Positions 50,734-60,992 are shown, numbered from the stretch's first letter. The stretch is DNA of 64,000 bases from Rhizobiaceae bacterium (GCA_029233925.1 JARGOX010000013.1:48056-112055); one strand, 5' to 3'. A program made the numbers and translations. The notes: a model not told the origin generated them from the sequence alone.

Positions 50734-52620
50734 ATGGCTGCGCGCGGAGATAATTCCAGGGCAAAGTCCGGTCTACCGGTCGATTCTGAACCGTTCAAAC
50801 GGGCTTTGACCGGTTGTGTCCGGTCGATTGCCAGCGATCACGAACTCGAAGTGGTTTTTGCCAACGATCGTCCGGGACTTGCCGGCGATCGCATCCGGCT
50901 GCCCGAGTTGCCCAAGCGACCGACGCGCGCCGATATTGCGGTGACGCGCGGTGTCGGGGATTCGCTTGCTTTGCGCAAGGCCTGTCATGATGATGCGATC
51001 CACAATGTCATGGCGCCGCAGGGTGATGATGCGCGGGAGATTTTTGACGCCGTGGAACAGGCGCGTGTCGAGGCCATCGGTTCCAAACGCATGACGGGTG
51101 TGTCGGACAATCTGACAGCCGCACTGTCTGATCGATGCGCCAAAGCCAACTATCGCAATATTTCAGGTCAGGCCGAGGCTCCGCTTCATGAAGCGCTGTC
51201 GATGATGGTGCGTGAAAAGCTGACCGGGCAAAAACCGCCCGAAAGTGCCGGTCCCGTGCTGGATTTGTGGCGCAACTGGATTGAAGAAAAGGCTGGTCAG
51301 GATCTGGAGCATCTGGGTGATGCCCTGGAGGATCAAAAAGGTTTTGCCCGCGTGGTGCGCGATATGCTTGCGCATATGGATGTCGCCGAGGAATACGGTG
51401 AAGATCAGGACCCGCAGGACAATTCCGAAGACGAGGATCAGCCGCAATCCAATGAGGAGAACGAGCAGTCTGCCGAAGATGAGGCAGGCTCCGAGGCGGC
51501 CCCGGCAGAGGAAAACGAATCCGCCGATGATCAGATGGACGACGGCGAAATGGATGGCGCCGAGGTCTCTGATGAAGATATGGTCGATGACCAGGATGAA
51601 GATGCTGATACGCCGGGTGAATCCCGGCGGCCCAATACGCCGTTCGACAATCTCGACCAGAAGGTCGATTACAAGGTTTTCACCTCGGAATTCGACGAGA
51701 TGATCGCCTCGGATGAATTGTGTGATGAAGCCGAGCTTGATCGTTTGAGAGCCTTTCTCGACAAACAGCTTGCGCATCTGCAAGGCGTCGTCGGACGGCT
51801 GGCCAACCGGCTGCAACGCCGCCTGATGGCGCAGCAGAACAGATCCTGGGAATTTGATCTGGAAGAGGGATATCTCGATTCTGCCCGTCTGGTGCGCATG
51901 GTGATCGATCCCATGCAGCCGCTGTCATTCAAGATGGAGCAGGATACCAATTTTCGCGATACGGTGGTGACCCTGCTGATCGACAATTCCGGTTCCATGC
52001 GCGGCCGGCCGATCACCGTTGCTGCCACCTGCGCCGACATTCTTGCGCGAACGCTGGAACGTTGCGGTGTCAAAGTGGAAATCCTTGGATTTACCACCAA
52101 GGCCTGGAAGGGTGGTCAGGCACGTGAAAAATGGCTGGGAGAAGGAAAGCCCGCCAATCCGGGGCGCCTCAATGATCTGCGCCATATCATATACAAGTCG
52201 GCGGATGCGCCCTGGCGTCGCGCCCGGCGCAATCTCGGCCTGATGATGCGCGAAGGTCTGCTGAAGGAAAATATCGACGGAGAGGCCTTGATCTGGGCGC
52301 ATAACCGGCTGCTGGCAAGGCCGGAACAGCGTCAGATTCTGATGATGATTTCGGACGGTGCGCCAGTGGATGATTCGACGCTTTCGGTCAATCCGGGCAA
52401 TTATCTCGAACGGCATTTGCGTGCGGTTATCGAAGAGATTGAAACGAATTCGCCCGTTGAACTGCTTGCCATTGGCATTGGACATGATGTGACGCGCTAT
52501 TATCGCCGCGCTGTGACAATCGTTGATGCCGAAGAACTTGCCGGCGCCATGACCGAGCAGCTTGCGTCGCTGTTCGAGGACGAGAATGGCAGCGGTTCGC
52601 GCATGCGCCGGGGCCGATGA
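50734..52620 (+). CDS. cobT: Cobaltochelatase subunit CobT (vWA)
   Basis: Acidic linker; [13 protein letters not shown] motif, [17 protein letters not shown]. Confidence 0.93.
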   Translation: MAARGDNSRAKSGLPVDSEPFKRALTGCVRSIASDHELEVVFANDRPGLAGDRIRLPELPKRPTRADIAVTRGVGDSLALRKACHDDAIHNVMAPQGDDAREIFDAVEQARVEAIGSKRMTGVSDNLTAALSDRCAKANYRNISGQAEAPLHEALSMMVREKLTGQKPPESAGPVLDLWRNWIEEKAGQDLEHLGDALEDQKGFARVVRDMLAHMDVAEEYGEDQDPQDNSEDEDQPQSNEENEQSAEDEAGSEAAPAEENESADDQMDDGEMDGAEVSDEDMVDDQDEDADTPGESRRPNTPFDNLDQKVDYKVFTSEFDEMIASDELCDEAELDRLRAFLDKQLAHLQGVVGRLANRLQRRLMAQQNRSWEFDLEEGYLDSARLVRMVIDPMQPLSFKMEQDTNFRDTVVTLLIDNSGSMRGRPITVAATCADILARTLERCGVKVEILGFTTKAWKGGQAREKWLGEGKPANPGRLNDLRHIIYKSADAPWRRARRNLGLMMREGLLKENIDGEALIWAHNRLLARPEQRQILMMISDGAPVDDSTLSVNPGNYLERHLRAVIEEIETNSPVELLAIGIGHDVTRYYRRAVTIVDAEELAGAMTEQLASLFEDENGSGSRMRRGR

Positions 52621-53669
52621 GCGCCGCTATCTCCTTGAAATTCAGAACAGCCATGGCGCTGGTCGGATTTTTGGGCGCGGTGCCTGCCATGCTCAATCCT
52701 GCCGTGCTCCATCCTGCAGTGGCGGATGAGCAGCGGGCCGTTGCTGCGCGTGAAATCCTCGTGAATGCGCGCCAGATTCCAACCTTCGATATCCGCTCCA
52801 ATGAGACCCGCTTTGGCGCTCTTGAATATATTGGCGGGATGCAGATCAATTCGCCCGACGCCCTTCTGGGCGGCATTTCCGCGATGCGTCTGCTGGCGGA
52901 CGGCGTGCGTTTTGTCGGCGCCATGGATACCGGATACCTGTTTACCGGAAGGCTTGTTCGCGACAGTGACGGGCGCCTGTCGGGCCTTTCCGATTTTGTT
53001 GTCGCGCCCATGCACGGGCTTGATGGCCAGCTGGTCGCGCAGCGCTGGAGTGCTGATGCGGAAGGCCTGGCGATTGACGGTGACAGGGTTCTGGTCAGTT
53101 TTGAGCGGCTGCACCGCATTGAGCAGTACCGGCTTTCAGACATCGGCGCTGCACGGCCGGTGGGCACCGTGTCCCAGCCGATACCGATCGCCGAGTTCCG
53201 CAGCAATCGCGGCATGGAAGCCATCGCCGTTGCGCCCGCAGATTCTCCGCTTGCCGGTGCAATTGTCGTGGTCAGCGAAAAAAGCCTCAACAGGAATGGC
53301 GATATTTTTGCGGCGATCGTGGATGGGCCGCAAAAGGGTGTGTTCTATGTGCGCCGCCAGGCGCCTTTTGATGTCACGGACGGGGATTTCCTGCCCAATG
53401 GCGACCTGTTGTTGCTGGAGCGGCGTTTTTCGGTTGCCCAGGGGGTGGGCATGCGCATTCGTCGCATCAAGGCCAAGGACATCCGCCCGGGAAAAACCGT
53501 CGATGGTGCGGTGCTTGTCGACGCGGGTTTCGGTTTCCAGATTGATAACATGGAAAGTCTGGATGTTTTCGAGGCCGCCGATGGAAGCACGCGTGTGATG
53601 CTGGCATCCGATGACAATTTTTCAATATTGCAGCGCAGCCTGATCCTTGAATTTCGGCTGCATGAATAA
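52617..53669 (+). CDS. Esterase-like activity of phytase family protein
   Basis: Signal peptide, GGISAM, DAEGL, NRGMEAI, DNMESL, SDDNF beta-propeller motifs; ATGA overlap with cobT. Confidence 0.85.
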   Translation: MSAAISLKFRTAMALVGFLGAVPAMLNPAVLHPAVADEQRAVAAREILVNARQIPTFDIRSNETRFGALEYIGGMQINSPDALLGGISAMRLLADGVRFVGAMDTGYLFTGRLVRDSDGRLSGLSDFVVAPMHGLDGQLVAQRWSADAEGLAIDGDRVLVSFERLHRIEQYRLSDIGAARPVGTVSQPIPIAEFRSNRGMEAIAVAPADSPLAGAIVVVSEKSLNRNGDIFAAIVDGPQKGVFYVRRQAPFDVTDGDFLPNGDLLLLERRFSVAQGVGMRIRRIKAKDIRPGKTVDGAVLVDAGFGFQIDNMESLDVFEAADGSTRVMLASDDNFSILQRSLILEFRLHE

Positions 53670-53674
53670 TTCTC

Positions 53675-54340
53675 TCAGGACCGGATATCGGCAGCCTTTG
53701 GCGTGCGAAACAGCGCCAGCAGCATGCGGTAGGGTGCCAGCATGGCCAGAGACACCAGCAGCTTGACTGCCAGATCGCCCAACGCCCAGGAAAGCCACCT
53801 GGGGGCCTCCAGGGCGAAATAACCCAGCAGGGGCGCAGAGCCCGTTGCAAAGGCGTCATTGGCGCCCAGCACGCTCAGGCTGGCCGCAAAGGCCAGTGTA
53901 AAGAATAATATGGTATCAAGGACCGATCCCAGAGCGGATGAAAGCAACGGCGCGTGCCACCATGTTGAATGGCGCAGCCGGTCAAAAATCGAGACATCGA
54001 GGAACTGTGCCAGGATGAAGGCGGTTCCGGATGCGATCGCGATACGGGGTGAGGCGACATAAATGGAGATGGCGACGGCCAGAATAAATCCGACGGTGAC
54101 AATCAGGCGCGCCTTTGCAGGTCCGAAATGACGGTTGGACAGGTCCGTGACCAGAAAGGCTATGGGGTAGGTGAATGCGCCCCAGGTCAGCAGGTCACTG
54201 AGGACGAATGGCCCGAGATCATAGTGGACCGGAAATTGTACAAGAAAGTTCGACGCGATCACCACCGCTGCCATGGCGAGCATGTAGGGGAAGATCGACG
54301 TCAAAGTGCTGAAAGCAGAACGATTGGGCGTTGCAAGCAT
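53675..54340 (-). CDS. Queuosine precursor transporter (YhhQ/VUT family)
   Basis: ASNFLVQF, TYPIAFLVTDL, PRIAIASGTAF...QFLDV, DTILFF. Confidence 0.88.
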   Translation of the reverse strand: MLATPNRSAFSTLTSIFPYMLAMAAVVIASNFLVQFPVHYDLGPFVLSDLLTWGAFTYPIAFLVTDLSNRHFGPAKARLIVTVGFILAVAISIYVASPRIAIASGTAFILAQFLDVSIFDRLRHSTWWHAPLLSSALGSVLDTILFFTLAFAASLSVLGANDAFATGSAPLLGYFALEAPRWLSWALGDLAVKLLVSLAMLAPYRMLLALFRTPKAADIRS

Positions 54341-54506
54341 TTTTTTATCCTGGGGTATGCCACCAGCGAGGCCCTACGGATGAAATACCGGTGGGCCACA
54401 AGAAACAGACTGTCGGAGATTGTTGGCGCGGCATGCCGAGATACCGCTTTGCGCCGATGTCTCAATCAGTCCGCACCAAAGGGTCAAAATCTGCAGTGCA
54501 GCCCAA

Positions 54507-54806
54507 TCAGGCTGCAGCTTCAGCTTCAACCGACTTTTTTGCGATCTGACGCTTCAGCAGGCGAGCCCGCATGGACAGTTCTTTTTCATTTGCTTTGGCA
54601 AGAAATGCATCCAGACCACCGCGATGCTCCACTGTGCGCAGGGCAGCAGCGGAAATCCGCATGCGGAAACGCTGACCAAGAGCATCGGAGATCAAGGTCA
54701 CATTGCACAGGTTCGGCAAAAACTTGCGACGTGATCTGTTGTTTGCGTGGCTGACATTATTGCCCGACTGAACAGATTTGCTCGTCAATTCACAACTGCG
54801 GGACAT
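54507..54806 (-). CDS. rpmB: 50S ribosomal protein L28
   Basis: [10 protein letters not shown]...[19 protein letters not shown]...[10 protein letters not shown]. Confidence 0.96.
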   Translation of the reverse strand: MSRSCELTSKSVQSGNNVSHANNRSRRKFLPNLCNVTLISDALGQRFRMRISAAALRTVEHRGGLDAFLAKANEKELSMRARLLKRQIAKKSVEAEAAA

Positions 54807-54898
54807 GGGTTTCACCTTAAGTCTGTTGGCTTGCAGCAATACGTATCCGGTGCCGTGCCCCGGCCGCAGCTATCAGGCCTGTAAATGGAATTTTTGGT

Positions 54899-54927
54899 TC
54901 TATAGTCTCAGGCGGCTTGCCCGTCAA
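54899..54927 (-). promoter_or_regulatory. Sigma70-type promoter of rpmB
   Basis: Minus strand TTGACG-N17-TATAGA, about 90 bp upstream of the start. Confidence 0.7.
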
Positions 54928-55070
54928 GTCTAAGGTGGCATGAGGGGACTGATTCAGATAGATAACGGCAAGAAAAACAATGAGACACCCCGTTTGGGAA
55001 AAATAGGCCTGCTTTTTGCGGGTTTCTTGAGCCAGATTCTCATGGCGCTCACAGGAAGGCTGCAGCAAAC

Positions 55071-55739
55071 ATGGGCAAGATTTTCGAATACGGCCTTGAT
55101 GCGCCTCAGCCTGGAACCCTGTTGTTGTCTGCGGTGGCAGCATTCCTCTATCTCTTTATGGTTGCCGGCAAACCGTCCGCCCGCAGAACCGGTGTGAAGA
55201 CGCTGTCGGTGGCATTGCTGGCTGTTCTTTGCGTGCTGGTGGATGGGCCACTTGTCCTGACCTTGGCGCTTCTGGCCTGTGCCGCAGGGGACGCGTTTCT
55301 GGCGCAGGACGATGAAAGGGCATTCCTGCCGGGTCTGCTGGCCTTTCTTGTCGGTCATGTCCTTTTCGTCATCGTCTTCGTCAGCCGTGGCAATCTTGAT
55401 CTGATCATGGGGCAGCCGTGGCGCATCGTCCTTGGAGTCGTCATCATCCTGGCAGCGCTCGAGATGGGCCGCCGATTGCTGCCGGTCGCCGGCGAACTGC
55501 GCATTCCCGTGGCAATCTATATCGTAGTGATTGTTGCCATGGCCCTGTCTGCGCTGGCGGTACCGGGGTGGGGCGTTGCCGCCGGGGCCGCCTTGTTCAT
55601 GGCTTCCGACACGGTTCTGGCTGCACAAAAATTCCTGCTTGCCCCTGAAAAAAGTCCCTATTGGCGCGCTTCATTCGTCTGGATCAGCTATTATCTGGCG
55701 CAGCTGTTGATGACCCTCTCCGTGCTGGCGCTTGTCTGA
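55071..55739 (+). CDS. YhhN/lysoplasmalogenase family membrane protein
   Basis: KTLSV, GDAFL, FLPGLLAFLVGH, ALFMASD, YYLAQ motifs. Confidence 0.88.
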   Translation: MGKIFEYGLDAPQPGTLLLSAVAAFLYLFMVAGKPSARRTGVKTLSVALLAVLCVLVDGPLVLTLALLACAAGDAFLAQDDERAFLPGLLAFLVGHVLFVIVFVSRGNLDLIMGQPWRIVLGVVIILAALEMGRRLLPVAGELRIPVAIYIVVIVAMALSALAVPGWGVAAGAALFMASDTVLAAQKFLLAPEKSPYWRASFVWISYYLAQLLMTLSVLALV

Positions 55740-55748
55740 CGTGTAAAA

Positions 55749-55776
55749 GGGCCGTGTCCTGTTGTGCACACGGCCC
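55749..55776 (-). terminator. Terminator downstream of the TRAP operon (possibly bidirectional)
   Basis: Perfect 9-bp stem GGGCCGTGT / ACACGGCCC, followed by TTTT on the minus strand. Confidence 0.6.
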
Positions 55777-55866
55777 CGAAATGTCTGATCTCGATTTTTG
55801 CTGTCAGCCGGTGAGGCGTTGCGTCTCAGTTGTCAGGGATCACTTCACCGTTGACCTGGACGCAGG

Positions 55867-56967
55867 TCAATCGAGCTTGCTGTAGACTTCGTCCCAAAGG
55901 GCCTGTGCAAAGGCTTCACGATCGTGGCCGGTCCTGGCAATGATGCCCTGCCATTTTTCCAGCGCCGTGTTGAAGGCGTCGATCTGTTCGGCGTAGTTCT
56001 CCACCCCGATGTCGGCGGCGTAGTCGGCGATCAGTTCCCTGTCAGCGTCGGAAGGCGCCAGGGCTGCAACGAGGCTTTCGTCTCCCTGGTGAAACTTCAC
56101 GCCGGCAGCTTCGGCATTTTCGCGTGACTTTTCGGCCAGTGCATTCTGCCCAATCATCATGTCCGCCACGCCGTAGGTGATTTCCTTGAGCAGCAGTTTT
56201 TTGTGGTCGGCTTCGAGATCATTCCAGGTTTCAGTGCTGAGTGCCATGAGCGACATGGCGCGTACAGTGCCCAAGGGCGCTTCCGTGACGTTTGTCACAA
56301 TGCCCTGAAGGCCGTATGACGAATACCAGTCCATCGACGCGAGTACGCAATCGAGCTGGTTGCGTTGCAGCCCCTCGGCCATTTCGGGCGAGGGAATGTT
56401 CGACGGGATGGCGTTGAGGCGGCCCAAACGGGGGCCCATGATGCCCGTTGTCTTGACGCGCAGACCCTTAAGATCGGCGAGCGAAGCAACCGGTGTCGTG
56501 CATTGCAGCACAAATGGTGTGGTTGAATAGGCTCCGAATAACCGCGCTCCGGCATTGGCGTACTCCTTGACGCAATCGGGGCAATTGAGCAGCATGGCCT
56601 CATTGACTGCGCCTGCAATGGCGAAAGGGTCGGTGCCATACATTGCCATATTGGCAAAAATCACGGCTGACGGAATATCCGACGGATACCATTGCGGAAT
56701 CACCATCCCGGCATCAGCCACCCCGTCTTCTATTCCACCCAGAATGGCGCGTGCGCCAAGCAGTTGGCCGAGCGGAAAGGTGGTCCAGTTCATCTTGCCG
56801 TCCGTGGCTTTGGCGATGCGTTCGAACATCGGCTCCAGCGCGACGCTGAGCGAGGGATGTTGCGTTCCGACAAAGGCGGCGTATCTGTAATCCTTGGCAA
56901 GGCCCGGGCCTGCAGCAAGCCCCATGGCGATCGTCGCGGCGGTGATCGTCTTTATAAATTTACGCAT
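55867..56967 (-). CDS. dctP: TRAP transporter substrate-binding protein (DctP family)
   Basis: Signal peptide; FPLGQLLG, GIEDGVAD, LADLKGLRVK, EMAEGLQRNQLDC; RBS AGGAG. Confidence 0.87.
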   Translation of the reverse strand: MRKFIKTITAATIAMGLAAGPGLAKDYRYAAFVGTQHPSLSVALEPMFERIAKATDGKMNWTTFPLGQLLGARAILGGIEDGVADAGMVIPQWYPSDIPSAVIFANMAMYGTDPFAIAGAVNEAMLLNCPDCVKEYANAGARLFGAYSTTPFVLQCTTPVASLADLKGLRVKTTGIMGPRLGRLNAIPSNIPSPEMAEGLQRNQLDCVLASMDWYSSYGLQGIVTNVTEAPLGTVRAMSLMALSTETWNDLEADHKKLLLKEITYGVADMMIGQNALAEKSRENAEAAGVKFHQGDESLVAALAPSDADRELIADYAADIGVENYAEQIDAFNTALEKWQGIIARTGHDREAFAQALWDEVYSKLD

Positions 56968-56989
56968 GATTGTCCTCCTGTATGATGCG

Positions 56990-58300
56990 TCAGTTTCCAA
57001 CCTGGTTGGGCAGGAATAGTGAAATTTCCGGAAATCCGATGAGAAGGCCCATGATGATCAATTCGCACAGCAGGAACCACGTCACGCCGTGGAATATCTC
57101 GCCCAGCGCAATGCGGTCTCCGAGCGCACTTTTTACCACATAGACATTCAGTCCCACGGGCGGGGTCAGCAGACCGATTTCAATGTATTTGACAACGATG
57201 ACCCCAAGCCAGATCGGGTCGGCCCCAACGGAATGGAAGACCGGAAGGATCACCGGTAGACTGATCAGCATGACACCCAGTGGATCCAGGAACATGCCCA
57301 GAACCAGGAACAACAGCGAGGCGGCAAGCACCAGTATCAAATAATTGTCGCTGAAATCGCTGAAGGTGCGCGCAAGGGTCGATGATATTCCTGTCAGGGC
57401 AAGGAATTTTGTGAAAATGATCGCGCCCATGGCAATAAAGAATATGCGTGCCGTGCTTGTCAGGGTTTCGATGACGCTATCGCTGATCAACGCCCAATTC
57501 AGCCCACCGATAAAGGCTGCGGCAACCAAAGACAGAAGCACACCAAGGGCGGCTGCCTCGGTGGCGGTGACCACGCCCCCGTAGATGCCGCCAAGAACAC
57601 CGAAAAAGATGACGGGCAAGGGCCAGATCGGAATCAGGCTTTCCCATCTTTCACGACGCCCGGGCCGGATGTCGAGGCCGGGCGCCAGCGCAGGATTGGC
57701 GATACAGCGCAGCATGATCATCGCGACATAGACAAACAGGGTGAGCAATCCCGGCAGGATGCCGGCAATCAGCATCTTGGCAATCGAGACCTCGGCAAAA
57801 ATTGCGTAGAGGATCATCAGCAGGCTGGGCGGGATCAACGCGCCGAGTGTGCCGGCGCTGGCAACGCAGCCGGCGGCAAGTTTGCGGTCATAGCCTGCGC
57901 GCAGCATTTCGGGCACCGAAAGCCGCGCCATGGCAGCAGCGGTCGCCATGCTGGAGCCGGACATTGCGGCAAAGCCCGCCGCCGCGACATTGGTCGCAAC
58001 GGCCAGGCCACCTGGCATGGTTCCCATCCACAGGCGGGCCGCGTGGTAGATCTTGGTCGCCAGTCCGGAGCGCTGGATGATGCTGCCCATCAACAAAAAC
58101 AGCGGGATGGCCGACAGGGACCAGCTTGCAGTGAACTCGAAAGGTGTCGAATCGAGGATGCTGACGGTTGGGCGCAGGCCGATCTGAAAATAGATTCCGG
58201 CAGCACCGACAAGCCCCAGCGCAACACCCACAGGAAACTCCAGCGCAACCAGCACAAGAACGAGCGCGAAGCCACCGGCGCCGATCCACAGACCATCCAT
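56990..58300 (-). CDS. dctM: TRAP transporter large permease (DctM)
   Basis: AIPLFLLMG, SGSSMATA, GTLGALIPPS, TATEAA, GLLTPPVGLN; start taken at MDGLWIG. Confidence 0.92.
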   Translation of the reverse strand: MDGLWIGAGGFALVLVLVALEFPVGVALGLVGAAGIYFQIGLRPTVSILDSTPFEFTASWSLSAIPLFLLMGSIIQRSGLATKIYHAARLWMGTMPGGLAVATNVAAAGFAAMSGSSMATAAAMARLSVPEMLRAGYDRKLAAGCVASAGTLGALIPPSLLMILYAIFAEVSIAKMLIAGILPGLLTLFVYVAMIMLRCIANPALAPGLDIRPGRRERWESLIPIWPLPVIFFGVLGGIYGGVVTATEAAALGVLLSLVAAAFIGGLNWALISDSVIETLTSTARIFFIAMGAIIFTKFLALTGISSTLARTFSDFSDNYLILVLAASLLFLVLGMFLDPLGVMLISLPVILPVFHSVGADPIWLGVIVVKYIEIGLLTPPVGLNVYVVKSALGDRIALGEIFHGVTWFLLCELIIMGLLIGFPEISLFLPNQVGN

Positions 58301-58301
58301 G

Positions 58302-58823
58302 TCAAATGCCCTCCATTGAAGACGTGTACGTCGGTGAAGACTTTTGCGGGGGCTTTTCGTTCTGCAAAAAGCGCAGGGCATTGCGCAGGGCGAGCAAGGT
58401 GAAGGCCAAGGCAACGGCCCAGCGTCCGGGCCAGACGAGGAAGTATCCCGTCGAAGTTTCCCAGATTTCGCCGCGCAGGGTCTTGTCCCACGCCTCTTCA
58501 AAAGACAGCCATGCCACCAGACCAAGACAAATGGCGATGACGGCAAAGCTGATGCGCCGTATCGCGTGGCGGATGTGATCAGGAAGCATGGAGGTGAAAA
58601 GATCGACGCTGATATGGCCCTCAGACTTTTCCGCATAGGGCAGCGCGCAGAATACGACTGCGACCATGTACCAGGCCGAAACGAAGGTAATGGTCTGCAA
58701 TTGCGACACAACACCAAGAAGTCGAAGAACAACCTCCAGCGTGACATGCCCCAGCATCAGAACCAGCCCGGCAATCGCAACGGCCAACAAGGCCCTGTCC
58801 AGGACCGTCAGGATCCTTGCCAT
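58302..58823 (-). CDS. dctQ: TRAP transporter small permease (DctQ)
   Basis: Four TM segments, GHISVDLF, WPGRW; RBS GGAGAGG. Confidence 0.88.
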   Translation of the reverse strand: MARILTVLDRALLAVAIAGLVLMLGHVTLEVVLRLLGVVSQLQTITFVSAWYMVAVVFCALPYAEKSEGHISVDLFTSMLPDHIRHAIRRISFAVIAICLGLVAWLSFEEAWDKTLRGEIWETSTGYFLVWPGRWAVALAFTLLALRNALRFLQNEKPPQKSSPTYTSSMEGI

Positions 58824-58884
58824 TTATTTCCCTCTCCCAGTTGCCAATCAACCGAACAACGGTCTTCCGTCATTTCGCGTCTCA

Positions 58885-58913
58885 TTGACTATAATTGCCG
58901 TAATAATTATTAT
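58885..58913 (+). promoter_or_regulatory. Sigma70-type promoter for the marR gene
   Basis: TTGACT-N17-TATTAT, near consensus; the -10 lies inside the 18-bp box. Confidence 0.55.
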
Positions 58914-58918
58914 AATAA
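58901..58918. promoter_or_regulatory. Candidate operator, copy 1: TAATAATTATTATAATAA
   Basis: Identical to 60993-61010; contains the overlapping 12-bp palindromes TAATAATTATTA and TTATTATAATAA. Confidence 0.75.
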
Positions 58919-58925
58919 ATTGATA

Positions 58926-58956
58926 AAATCAAGCTGACAGTGTATCAGCTTGATTT
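58926..58956. repeat. Perfect 12-bp inverted repeat in the dctQ-marR divergent region
   Basis: AAATCAAGCTGA-CAGTGTA-TCAGCTTGATTT. Confidence 0.8.
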
Positions 58957-59026
58957 CGCCCTTCCTTGGCTCCATCCTGGTTCCCCGGGGACGACGCCAA
59001 TCAACATCACCCAGAAGACGGTTGAT

Positions 59027-59545
59027 ATGCCTGCAGAAACCACCGAGATACCGAAGCCGGAACCCGAATGGATGCCCTCTGCAACGCTCGGCGAGGCCTT
59101 GCCGGTGCGGCTTTTGCGCGCGCGTGAAGCGATCATGCAATTCTACAGGCCGCTGTTCCAGGCGACCGGCATCACGGAGCGGCAGTGGCGCGTTCTGCGC
59201 AATCTCTTTGACGCACCATTTCTTGAACCGTCCGAACTCGCCGTTCGTGCTTTCATGCAGCCGCCGAACGTATCGCGGGTGCTGAACGAACTTTCCGCCT
59301 TGAATTACGTCACCCGTGTTGCCTCCGGCAAAGACCAACGCCGGGCGCGCATTGCCCTGACGGAAACCGGACGCGCAGCCACCGTGCGCATAGGGCGCCA
59401 TATCGAAGCGCGCACCACGGAGCTTTTGAAGACACCGGAAGCGGCGGAATTTGCCCGGCTCGGCGAACTGCTGGAGATGGTCATCGACATGCCGCAGAAA
59501 TATCCGCGTCTGACCGTTGCTACACATCAGCCGCCCGGCCCATAG
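59027..59545 (+). CDS. MarR family regulator, HpaR-like
   Basis: LLRAREAIMQFYRP...ITERQWRVLR...DQRRARIALTETG pattern matches the HpaR subfamily as I recall it. Confidence 0.88.
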   Translation: MPAETTEIPKPEPEWMPSATLGEALPVRLLRAREAIMQFYRPLFQATGITERQWRVLRNLFDAPFLEPSELAVRAFMQPPNVSRVLNELSALNYVTRVASGKDQRRARIALTETGRAATVRIGRHIEARTTELLKTPEAAEFARLGELLEMVIDMPQKYPRLTVATHQPPGP

Positions 59546-60972
59546 GGGGACGTCCACTCCAACTCTTTCGGTCCGATCTTTTTCTCGATGCATCGCCCGG
59601 CGGCATAACCGGCAATTTCTCCGGTCAGGGTGGTCCAGGGGAAGTTCCGCATGACCATGAAGATCGTCTCATAGCTGAAAGACAGGGACGCGCCGGCCAG
59701 CAGCAGGTTGTCGATCTTTTTTGGCAGGAAGCAGCGGTAGGGCACTTCGAATTCATAGGGCGTATAGGTGTCCCAGAAAAACAGCTTTTTCATCGGATGG
59801 GTCACGGCATCGCGAAAGCGGTGGCCATTGCGCGCATCGTCTATGGTGAAGACATGTTCACCGATCGGATGGCGCCCGTCGCGCACGCCGACATAACGGC
59901 CAATACTGCCGATGCGCGCATTGTCGAAACCGGGGACATATTTGCGAAGGAACCGCGCCTCCGCATCAACATAGCTGCGCAGCAGGCGGGTTGCGGTTGA
60001 ATTGTCTTCGCCACTTTCGTCCATATGCAGATTCAGTTCATAGGGCACATTTTGCCACAGACAGTAGCTCCCGTCGGCTGACATGGGGCTCATATCAAGG
60101 GTCGGGTGGCCGATATACATGCTGGCATAAATATGCGCGCCCTGCATCGTTGGCCGATAGAGTCCTTCAGGGATATCGCCTGCAGCACGGGCCTCGGCGA
60201 TGACTTTTTGCAGCAAGGGGTCGTCGGCCTGTTGTTGATGGCGCACAAGAGATGGCAGATCAACGCCATGCATCGTCCAAAGCAGCCCGCCTGGCACAGG
60301 CCGGTGAACGCCATCCCATTGTGCTGTGTCGGGCTGGCCACCACCACCGGAGATATACGGCACGCCCGCACTGGCAGCGAGCTGGCCGGTGCCCGATCCC
60401 TCAATGAAGATCCGACCGGTGATGGCGAAGCGACCGCTGTTGTTTTCCACGACGATCGCACGGATGTGTCCGTCGCCGTTGCCCGGATCGACAATGCAGT
60501 CAACAAAGCGCGTGTCATAGAGGGCGAAGACGCCCGCCTCGTCCAGCATTTGGGACATGACGCTTCCCGATCCCTCCGGATTGAAGGAGAGACGGATAAA
60601 ATCGTCGCCGGGGCTTTTCTTGCGTTCATAGTGCGACAGGGGGTTGCCAGCCCAATCGGCATGAGAGGTGTTGTCGGCGCGGTATATGTAACCGTGGGCG
60701 TCAAACCGCTCCATCAGCTCGGTGTGAATGCCGCCAATGCCTTCCGATGCATGGCCCTGAAGACCCGACGTGTGAACGCCTCCCGGCGCGTCGAGCTTTT
60801 CAACCACAATGACGCTGGCACCCATCCGGGCGGACTTGAGCGCTGCTGCAAAGCCGGACGGTCCGGCGCCGACAACAACCACGTCGGCATCATAGGATAC
60901 GGGCACGTCAGCGGCCATCGGGATAATGGATTTCTCTCCAGTGGCTAGCTGATTTTCGTCTGACATTGGCAT
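59527..60972 (-). CDS. FAD-dependent oxidoreductase (FAD_oxidored/PF12831-like), function unknown
   Basis: DVVVVGAGPSGFAAALKSARMG, GGVHTSG, FIEGSGTG, GVRDGRH, VPYRCFLPKKIDNLLLAG, GEIAG; RBS GGGAGA. Confidence 0.87.
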   Translation of the reverse strand: MPMSDENQLATGEKSIIPMAADVPVSYDADVVVVGAGPSGFAAALKSARMGASVIVVEKLDAPGGVHTSGLQGHASEGIGGIHTELMERFDAHGYIYRADNTSHADWAGNPLSHYERKKSPGDDFIRLSFNPEGSGSVMSQMLDEAGVFALYDTRFVDCIVDPGNGDGHIRAIVVENNSGRFAITGRIFIEGSGTGQLAASAGVPYISGGGGQPDTAQWDGVHRPVPGGLLWTMHGVDLPSLVRHQQQADDPLLQKVIAEARAAGDIPEGLYRPTMQGAHIYASMYIGHPTLDMSPMSADGSYCLWQNVPYELNLHMDESGEDNSTATRLLRSYVDAEARFLRKYVPGFDNARIGSIGRYVGVRDGRHPIGEHVFTIDDARNGHRFRDAVTHPMKKLFFWDTYTPYEFEVPYRCFLPKKIDNLLLAGASLSFSYETIFMVMRNFPWTTLTGEIAGYAAGRCIEKKIGPKELEWTSPYGPGG

Positions 60973-60992
60973 ATTCTCCCCGCTGCTTTCTC

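Noticed and set aside
54341-54506. Possible preQ1 riboswitch before the queuosine-precursor transporter
   Set aside because: No recognisable preQ1 aptamer pattern; the gene is probably read through from rpmB.
55815-55866. Minus-strand fragment reading CVQVNGEVIPDN* plus a small hairpin after dctP, possibly a gene scar at the islet junction
   Set aside because: Too short to assign; no start and no recognisable homology.
56990-58747. 585-aa ORF suggesting a DctQ-DctM fusion
   Set aside because: The N-terminal extension overlaps dctQ in another frame and is not protein-like; dctQ and dctM are separate genes 1 nt apart.
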